Shown here piece by piece: positions 54,602 to 64,000 of a stretch of 64,000 nucleotides of DNA. The DNA is from Macrostomum lignano. Lineage: Eukaryota. How positions within the stretch are numbered: the stretch's first letter is position 1; each line of letters begins with the position of its first letter. The stretch spans positions 1 to 64,000 of the forward strand of contig NIVC01002163.1 in the NCBI GenBank assembly GCA_002269645.1. Direction: 5' to 3'. The notes beneath the pieces are model-generated. The model ran no database searches and was not told the DNA's origin. It saw nothing but the letters and a program-made list of their open reading frames with translations. The position numbers were made by a program, and so were the translations under genes.

Positions 54602-55430
54602 TTACTTTGTAAATAATGACAATACTATTTATAGGGTACTGTGCAAATAACAAGTGTCATTTATAATAGTTGTTTGATTAGAGTCTGGTTAGATTAGCCT
54701 GGCCTAATATAGCCTAGTTTGTCTTTTTTTCTCTTATTAGTCTTCCCTAGTCAACCAAAATTACAAGAAATTGTTGAAAATTGCAATCTACTTGCCGAAA
54801 TTGTACAATAATTGCCAATTGCGTGCACGTCAATTGCAATTTTGAATAAGCTGATTACAATCAAAATTGCAATTTTAGCAATTTTGCACATGCAGATTGT
54901 AAGTGTTGCAATTTAGACCAATTGAATTATAATTTATGCAATTTCTGGCGTAATCCAATTGCAATTACTTTTGGTGGATAGACACACAGTTTACTCTGAG
55001 TAGCATGTATGGCTTTTGCCAATGTTCTGAATTTTTAGATTAGAAAATTAATGTAAGGAAGACGATAAACACATGAGAGGATTTTTTTCTAACCAGAATC
55101 GATTACTATTCAGGGCATTTTATAATGTACAATTAGTACAATATGCACAATTGCATTCCATTATTATATTTATATAACACTCAAATTAAAGCTGCATAGA
55201 AAGTGAAACGTTAAAAGTCATTAAAATTGAAATTTGAGTACATATAAAATGTTTTCTTGTATTTTTACCTTTTTCTAACTATACAACAGTCAACAAAAAA
55301 TCAAACAAGATACACAACTAGCAAGCAATAAGCGAATTATTGTATGGCAATTGGTTCAAGTGATCTATATTTTGAAAATGATCCGCGACAGATACAATTC
55401 TTAGTAGTGCTTACTCAGTTTTAACAGTTC

Positions 55431-58021
55431 CTACTCAGCTTTTAAGTCATCCCAAATTAAGCTATATTCATGGTGGCAAGAATCTAGTATAACAAGACAC
55501 AAGTCCTTATCGGGAAAAATATTATTGACTGAAACACACTGATGCAGAAAATTACATCCCACTGGAATAGTGCAGGTGTTAGAAGACGGGCAGCAGATAA
55601 ACAAGAAAGTATTTGCTAAACATAATATATCAGCAGCAATAGGTACATTGGACAGATTCAAAAAGTCTTGTAGATAAATAAAGGCAAATATCAACATGAA
55701 GCACCATTTGAGCCGCCGATGCATTTCGTCCATTTGCATTAGGACATCGTCAGGGTCTTTTTATTGAGAAACAATTTGAACGAATATTCAGTATATATAG
55801 ATAGTTGAGAGTAACAAGAGTAGTTGAATTGAGTTTTTAATTGATGGTTTAAAACTTGTACATAGTAATCAATTTTTGATACAGTATTGGTTGGGTAAAG
55901 TGCATATCAGTTTCAAGCCAGTCCGGTCATTGACAAATCAGCTAAAAAATTCTGAGTTGACGGCTAGCCCCACCCATCGCAAGTTGGTTATTTAACGTGG
56001 GCTGTTTGGTCTTAATGCACAGGGCTTCTAATAGGCAGAGCATGTGATCTCTATTACAAAAATCAATAGCCTTTATCATTAAAGATGTACATTAACTAAT
56101 GTACATTAAAGATGTACATTAAACATGTACATTAAGACCAAACAGCCCACGTTAAACAACCAACTTGCGATGGGTGGGGCTAGCCGTCAACTCAGAATTT
56201 TTTAGCTGATTTGTCAATGACCGGACTGGCTTGAAACTGATATGCACTTTACCCAACCAATACTGTATCAAAAATTGATTACTATGTACAAGTTTTAAAC
56301 CATCAATTAAAAACTCAATTCAACTACTCTTGTTACTCTCAACTATCTATATATACTGAATATTCCTTCAAATTGTTTCTCAACAAAAAGACCCTGACGA
56401 TGTCCCAATGCAAATGGACGAAATGCATCGGCAACTCAAACAACACTTCATGCTGATATTCACCTTTATTTATCTACTCTTCATCAAGCGAGCCACTTTA
56501 CCTAAAAAGTCTTGTAAATTGCAGATGTCTAAAAAAATTACATCAGCTAAAATATCGGTGCCATTCAGAAAACAAACTACTTTGCAGAAACAACCATCTT
56601 TCAACTGCACAATACATGACCGAGTAGGGGGCAATTTCGGATAAGAAGTAGCATAAAAGAGACAATTGTTTTGCACTATTGCATAAGCGGATAGAAATCG
56701 CCAGCAGGCGGAAGGACTGCTTGATAAAATTCTAAACTTAGAAGTGAGCAGCTCAAAAATGCAGCTGTTAGATTGAGCAGCAGCTCCCTCCTTAAGACAG
56801 AAAGTGCAACATTTTTGCAGAATGAGCTTTTCGCATATTTGCTTGATATGGAATCGATTCCTTTGAATATAATTCTTTACCGTTGAAAATTGACTCTCAA
56901 ATGAGAACATAGAGTATCCTGTTAGAGGACCAAAATTGAGAAGCTGTTCGGGCAAATGACACAGGAGATGAAAATTAATTGTGTATACATTGGCATCAAA
57001 TGCAGTTCCTAAAGTTGACATAAAGTGTTGAATTACTTTATTGAGAAGCGCCAAGTAGTGCTCACAGTCTACAGAATTTGCTACATGACAAACAAGAGAA
57101 AAAGAAAGCAAAGCAATGGCGCATGCCTGATTTTTCCTACTGAAGCAATGGAAAGCAAATATAGGCAATAGATACATTGCAGCGAACATGTAATCCTTGG
57201 CTTTCCACGAAGAGCGAAGCTCTAGACAAAATGGTACTGTTACTGACTTAGGCACGCTGACTCTTTTAAGAGTATCATTAAAGAAGGGCAGACTTTGCCC
57301 AAGGTAGCAACTCAGTTGTTGGTAGGAACCATCAAACATATATTTCATTAGAGTGCCACAACAATTTTCATAAAGAAAGTGCAATGAATCAAGCAAAATA
57401 TTCTTTGGAATGCGCACATACTTCCTAAGAACAGAATCACCCTTAATACCAAAAAGGCTCTTCTCACCAGAGAGACAGACTAGTTGAACTCGTGATAAAT
57501 AAACAGCATTCGAAACTGGAGTAGATAAATGAGGCTCAGAATACTTGCGTGCGGATCCATGGCCGACTTTAACAGTACTACTGGGATTTTCACAGTAAAG
57601 GCAACCAAACTCGCCATTAAATTGCTTATGGTTTAGTATGCTAGCCAAGGCAGGAAGATCAAAAGTAGCCGAAAAGAGTTTAACACGAAAATGCATAGGC
57701 CTGTTTCGAATAGTAAAACAGAATGTTTTTTTCAAAAACTGAAGCCAGATGGTCTTCTAGAAATGTTTTCCAGTTAGGCTTCTTTGCACCAAGAAAGAGA
57801 GAAAAAATTAAGAAGTTTTCTGGCTGAAAATGCAAAAATGGTGGAAGATTTAAAATTTGAGCTTGAACAGGCCACAAAGAAGAGGGAGAATTAGAGTACA
57901 AGCTACAGCCATCAGTGGAAAGATGCAAAAAGATTGTAATAACTTGGGCAGTATCATAAATTATTGGACAATTTTTAAGTATGTCTGTCTTAATCCCTGT
58001 TCCTGTAATAAAATAAACCAA
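55431..58021 (-). pseudogene. Disrupted CACTA/EnSpm transposase
   Basis: LHLSTDGCSLY...LWPVQAQILNLPP (57680-58021) is frameshifted to FDLPALAS...GCLYC, LLDSLH, SWKAKDY, INFHLLCHL, YSMFSFES (56470-57735). The C-terminus resumes below 55660 after an 844-bp insertion. Confidence 0.88.
55670..56477. repeat. Long inverted repeat, 348-bp arms, 112-nt spacer
   Basis: 55670-56017 is the reverse complement of 56130-56477, near-perfect in the inner ~280 bp. Confidence 0.96.
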
Positions 58022-58617
58022 TAATTGATTTTGACTGGCGATAAAGAAAATGAAGTTAGGGCGGTCGCTGCCCAGAATCCAGCTTTTATATTTTCTAACT
58101 TAACGAATTTTGGGGTGTTGGCGGAGATATACATTGTGCGTACTTTGTGCATACAGTGAAAAATAAGAGAAAATAAATTAGATGAAATAAGCGGCTAGCC
58201 TAGGCCAACTCATTTTTCGACACTCCCCCCAAATGATTTATCATTTGATTTTTTAAATTCGGAGCAGCAAAACTACATTACATTCGAACTTGTTGCAAAA
58301 AAAACAATGAAAAAGGAAAAAAATCTTAGCCTAACAGACAAGGACTGGTTTGTTGTTGTAAGTGAAACAGTCAGCAGAGAACAGAAAACTGTTAGAGCCA
58401 AGTTTAAGTGTATGTGAGCATGATAGATGAGGAAAAAATATATTACAACGTAAATGGAAAAATGACAAATAATGACGCGTAACATCGTCCACCACCAAGA
58501 GAATTATCTCAAAAACAGAAAACAAACCTTTTCCCATTACAAAATTTTGCAAGAGGCTGTCAAAAAAGTTAGCAAACAAATTCGAGAGTCGTGGAAAAGG
58601 ACAAAAAAATAACGGTC

Positions 58618-59050
58618 TTAGGATTGAACCTCTAAAGGAATTAACGACTGGACTGGCTGTCTCACCCGTTCCCAGCGCCGAGAACTCCCAGCACCCGCAA
58701 CGCAAAGAACCGACCGGATAGCACCATCACGGCCAGGACGAACTTCCTCGACAATACCCAATTTCCACTTCAGTCTTGGTTGTTGAGCTTCACCTGCCAG
58801 AAGAACTACTTCACCAACATTTGGTAGGCGGTGGTTAGGTTGATCCTTTAGGGCTTTCTCGCGCAGAGACTCCAAGTAGGACGTCTTCCATTGGTTCCAA
58901 AACCAATCCAGAGCTGCTCTAAGCATTCTGAGCCATTTCGGAAGCGGTAGAATGGAGTCCGCCTCATCGTCAATATCTTCCGGTTCTTGGCTGAGACGAC
59001 TAGCTGCAATGAAATGGGACAGTGTGATGACCCCCATACCGTGGCCTGAA
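58618..59050 (-). pseudogene. BEL/Pao retrotransposon Pol C-terminal fragment (DUF5641-like)
   Basis: FWNQWKTSYLESLRE, VGEVVLL, RLKWKLGIVEEVRPGRDGAIRSV, PVQSLIPLEV. Confidence 0.85.
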
Positions 59051-59051
59051 T

Positions 59052-60180
59052 CTAAAGGTACATACAACAGCGGCCGACTGAATGAGCTTGAACTGAATCA
59101 ACATCCATAGCAATCCTTTCACTTCTGCCATGTGACTCAATAATTGTTGTTTCACAAAGCTGTTCACCAAATTTGCGGAGTACAAACTCATGAGCAAAAA
59201 GGTTAGGTGGCAATGGTAACTGAGACAGGCGAAAGGGTCGGCCATCACAACCAGCAATAACTTGATCTTCTTTGCTCACAACCTCATCATTGAAACCAAA
59301 CCCTTGTCTGAGCAATTCATTTCCTTCTTCCTGTAGCCGGATGATCTTTTTCAACAATCCAGTTTGTACTCGAGCCTCAAGCAAAAGCAAATCTAACACT
59401 TTAGGCTCAGGTGCTTGAAGTTTGGAACCCTGAGCAAGTGGGCTTGCTGCAGCAGTAGCTGGCTCTGTAAAAGTCACAAAAAAGCTCATTTGAGCTAGGG
59501 CAACATCCTGTGGTTTTCTAGGTGGTGTAGATGAGTACAAAGGTGCACAGGCACCACTCTTAGCATTATCAATAAGGTCACAACTTGCACTCTTAGCTTT
59601 CTTAAGTGGTGGCTCCACAATCACATTGCCATAAGACTTGAACAAATCTGCTTCCTTCTGCCTTTCCAAAGACATAGTCTGGCTAGTAATTGTCAAAGGA
59701 GGCTTAAAAGTTGTAGACCTGTCATTAGGTGGCACATAGTTCTCATCATTTTCTTCATCATCACCTTCATTGCTATCACTATCTCCCAAATAGGTAGCAG
59801 AGGTTCGTGTTCGTGCATCCAAATCAACAGACATTTCATTATCAAGTCTCTCAAAAATTGTCTCAGTACTATAACCTTCTTCAGCAAGGCGGTCAATAGT
59901 TCGTTCAGCAATTTTAATTTTTTGCATAAGTGCCGAGCTTTACAATAATGGCATCATGGAATCCATTCTTTTCACGAATCTTGATTTGTTGACGCTCCTT
60001 AAATTCCATTTTCTCAGCCTTGTCGAAATGGCTAAGAAAACTAGAATTTATATAAATAGGTCCACTATGGGAATTTGTCTTTGGGAACCATAGAATGACA
60101 TGGTCAAAACTTAGAGTTGCAAACTTGTCAAGCTTGTTGGATGATCTTGAGCGAGAATTAATGTGTTGAGAAGTTTTCAT
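59052..60180 (-). pseudogene. CACTA accessory gene with BEN-like domain, frameshifted and truncated
   Basis: ORFs 60180-59914 and 59927-59052 overlap. They contain acidic and low-complexity regions, a coiled coil (LLEARVQTGLLKKIIRLQEE), then PNLFAHEFVLRKFGEQLCETTII..GRS..MDVD, resembling a BEN N-terminal half. Confidence 0.5.
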
Positions 60181-60741
60181 ACCTGAAAAGATGAAAAAAT
60201 ATTTAAGCTTTTTTACTATACCAATGAAATCAAATAAACAAAATGTAGATCAATACTACTATGATACTAGAGCTATATAGCTATCTATTTTTTGTCAATT
60301 AATTAATTAATTTTCCCTAAATAGCTATACTGGACCTAATGATTATATAGTCTATACTCTATAGACTATTAATATGAACACAATATATTCAATAGAATTT
60401 TAATCATGTATCTATTTTCATTACCTTTGCATGTTTACAATTTTAATGACTTCAGCATTGTGTAAAAAAGAAAATAGCTAGAACATATCAAAATATAGAT
60501 CCATAGGGTAGCTAGTTTTGACTGTTATAGCATTGTTGACATGTTGTATAGCCTAACTATAGTAGCTCTACTATAAACTAGGCCTATAGTAATATAATAG
60601 CTATCTAAACATAGCCATACCCATAGCATAGGCATAGGTGATAGTTCAATTAAAAAAGGATACCAGTACCAATTAGTATTAGGCCCACCCTTACTGCTTA
60701 TTATAGTCTAGTAGGCCTGTTGCTTAGCTACTTCAAGTCTT

Positions 60742-61338
60742 GGTACCTGTCCATTTCGGCAACACCCATTTTGGCGACAGGTCAATTTGGCGACGACCAT
60801 TTCCTTGACAAATATAATAGAAAAATTACAAGTATCTACAATACAATAAACTACCCCCAGCTGACATGACCCCCCAACAGGCATTTTGTTGAAACTATTG
60901 GGCAAAGTACAAAGCCGGCACCAGAACTCTTGAGGCGCTGCTTGCATGCAGTGGCATGAATGCCCCTGTGGAAGAGTAAACATCATACACGAATTGTAAT
61001 TTTGAATTGGAATTTGAATTTTCTTGTTTCTTAAGAACATTAATTTCTAATTGTAATCCATTCGTTTTAAGTTTTACATTAAAAATTGTTTTAACATAGT
61101 TTTAACAAAGCTTATAAAGTTTAATGTAAATTGTTTTACACTATAATTCATTTTAACAACACTTAATCAAACCAAAGGTTGTAAATTTGTGTAAGTTCTG
61201 AAATCTTTTGTGGCTATGAGATAAGAATACATTCAAAATCCTATTTAAAAACTGTTGCCAAAATGGTTCTTGCCAAATCAACCTGTCACCGAAATGGGTG
61301 TCACCGAAATGGTTTGTTGCTGAAATGGACCAGATTCC
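60742..61338. mobile_element. MITE with repeated CATTT(C/T)GGC arms (~600 bp)
   Basis: GGTACCTGTCCATTTCGGCAACA... pairs with ...TGTTGCTGAAATGGACCAGATTCC. Flanking direct repeat AAGTCTT (7-8 bp). Superfamily unresolved. Confidence 0.75.
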
Positions 61339-64000
61339 AAGTCTTCAATGTTCAAATTATATTTCAAAACTAGCTATACCTAGTAGCTATTCAAGGTTCT
61401 ATAGCATAACAATTCAATTTAATTAAAGTTAGGCCTAAGGTACTTGGTAGCATAGGTATAGACTCATTGGACTACTAGTCTAGAGAGAGCAATTTATTTT
61501 ATAGTAAGCAAATACATGCAAATAAAATAAGGAGACATTAGACAATATATGAATAGTACTAGGCCTAGCTATTGAATAGGATGGAAGTTGAAAATCTAGA
61601 ATATAAAGCAGGATTACCAAAAGAAAAAACTGGCATTTAAAAGTTCCAAAAGAGCAAACTATTAACCAAAATTGATTATCACTATTAAAGAATTAAGAGT
61701 GTTTCAATTTTGATTTGACTTAGAGGCAATATAGCTAAAAACTAAATATAGCTAAATATAGCTACAATTTTTTAACAGCCCCTGAATGGACTGAATGAAT
61801 GAATAACCTGATTATTGATTGACTGAATGAATGAATGAATAGCCTTGCCCTTGGCATCTACATTTGCTTTGTGCATTGTGAATGTTAAAAATTAAATTCA
61901 GTGCGAAAAGAAAAAACTTTAGACTGAGACTGAATATAAACACACTACAAGAAAGTTAAAAGAACAAATGGTTCTGTTCGTACAGATGTAGTAGAAACTT
62001 TGAAGAAGAAACGCCGTGGGAGCCTTCACTGTAGTCAGCATTTGCCGCAAAGAAAATTATACCTGGCAAGCCGTTTACTTATTTTGGTTAGATCATTATT
62101 TTAATGCAAAGTAAAACAACAATAGAATACATTATCAGAACCTATAAAAATAAAGATATTTTCATGAAAAAATATTGTGTATGGTCATAAAAGTATTTGA
62201 ATATATAAAACATAGAACACTTTTTTTTTCTGCCATGCATGTTCTTATAATCAGATTGCAATTATCGCAAGTCCCCAATTTTAACTTGACTACTCATCAG
62301 TAGAAAAAGATGGCTCTTAGGCACTTATCTAGATTGCAAGCTGATTGCACGAGCAAATTGCAATTTTTACAATTTTCCCAATTGAATTACAATCACAATA
62401 ATTAATGAGCAATCCGGTTGTCTAGGGTTGACTGATGACTCATACTTTTGTATTACTTTCAATTTAAAGCTTAGCCTGAAATAGATTAAGGGTAAAATCA
62501 TTGACAATAATTAATTTCAATATGACTAGTATCAAATAAAATTTGAATGCCAACTAAAATATGTTTTTAATATTCCATTTGACAAATAATTTATATTTGT
62601 ATTTTTAAAGAAATAATCAACTAAATATAGATCACAGGGATATCATGTCTTGCAAATTTAAATTGACATTAATCATTAGTATTTGAATTTGAACAAGCTA
62701 CTAATATTTGTTTATTCCAAGTAAAGAGTATAAGCAAGGCTATATCTTGGATATAATCATGCCAAAACTAAGTTTCATAGGCCGTATAATAATTTATAAC
62801 AATTTAATTCTAGGCTAATTTTTATTGTAAAAAATGATACAAAGAGTTTCTTATTTAAAGTATAGTGGAGCCTAGCCTAGTCATTTTAAAGGCAATCAAA
62901 TAATATTTGCATCCTTAAAAATCTATATTTTTGGCAATTTGCCAAAATGGCCTAAAATTAATTACTAGTATCCATTGATAATAAGTTTTATTGAAACAAC
63001 AAATAGCTATTGAAATAGGCCTAAACAGATAGATGATAGTTAATAGGCCTAAATAATTTTTATTTAATATATTCTAATAGGCCCTAAGCTTTTATTCTAC
63101 TTTATTTAAATAGTCTTTAACTAGACTTGTCTAGTTTCCATAAGACCAAGTTAGGCTAGCAGCTTTTTAGTTTACATTTTGTCATAGAATAGGACACTAT
63201 AGCAAAATCTTGCTTTTAAACCTATAACCAAAGGGTATTTTGTAGATTTTGTAAAAAATAATTTTCCAAGTACACTAAGGTCTATATGTCTATGGCAAAT
63301 AAAAAGTTAGCTATATTTAGTTAGCTAAGATAGATAGATACAGACAACTCATTTTTATTATATTTAGTTAGCTATATAAAAATATTAAAAGTTTTGAAAA
63401 TATTAAATATTAATATTTTAAAACTTCAATTTGATCCTTTGCTAAAATATGGGCTTTTAATAGTAGCTTGGGTTAATTACTTGGCGACTTTAAGATTATG
63501 TATGAAATTATTTGCTTATCAAAGAACTTTGATATAGATTTATGCCTAATAGGGGTTTTGATATAGCTGTATTCAATTGGTATTGGTCCTGTTAAAGCTT
63601 CCAAAATAGTATTATATATTTAGTAACATGTTTATATCCTAAAATCAGTGATTAAATTTTCTTTATATCTTAGCATTAAGTGATATAATTTATACCATGT
63701 GCACCATTCTTATCTAAGCTATAGGTGATGCGATTTTTGTCACAAAGCCCTGGCTTGGGTTGATAAGGAGAGTGGAGAATTATGACTATAGAATTAAATA
63801 AAAGCTGCAACTCAGTCCTCAGTCCTGTTGAGCTGGTTTTGTGATGAAAAAAAATATTATTGAGTGTACTTCCAATCTAAAGAAGTTGATAATGTTTAGC
63901 AAATAAAAATTTAATGCATGGACAATTAATTATTGCTGACAACTTGAACAACTTACATTATGTCAACACCTGGTGAATCAATTGATCTGGTTCACACAGA

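Larger units (their letters stand above)
54745..62427. mobile_element. Second CACTA/EnSpm element, decayed, 7,683 bp
   Basis: TIRs CCCTAGTCAACC / CCCTAGACAACC (reverse complement), TT on both flanks, subterminal AATTGCAATT-like arrays at both ends, and an internal transposase. Confidence 0.8.

Noticed and set aside
1-64000. tRNA, rRNA, snRNA or SL RNA genes
   Set aside because: None were recognisable by eye. A covariance-model search (Infernal, tRNAscan-SE) would be needed to exclude them.

Overview
Eukaryotic (animal) genomic DNA. GC-rich exons, minisatellite-filled introns and the gene set suggest a flatworm such as Macrostomum; this is an inference, not a database result. The first 26 kb is a compact host-gene cluster: an RNI-type LRR gene (+, 5'-incomplete), AP-1 mu subunit (-, 7 exons, 422 aa), OXA1L (+), an orphan membrane ORF (+), DPH3 (+) and ZFYVE1/DFCP1 (-, 6 exons, about 647 aa). 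The remaining 38 kb is a nested transposon field. It holds a 10.4 kb CACTA/EnSpm element with an open transposase ORF and a divergent accessory gene, a hAT-like element carrying a young Gypsy LTR retrotransposon, a head-to-tail Helitron dimer, a second decayed CACTA element (with a BEN-like gene, a BEL/Pao fragment and a 350-bp-arm palindrome), and several MITEs. The strongest leads are a fixed-spacing GTCACGTGAC-N11-CCAATAGC module shared by AP1M and ZFYVE1, a possible trans-spliced OXA1L-orphan-DPH3 operon, three NPF motifs in the Gypsy Gag, and the two-gene CACTA architecture. All gene models and repeat boundaries were read by eye and need RNA-seq and read-level confirmation.
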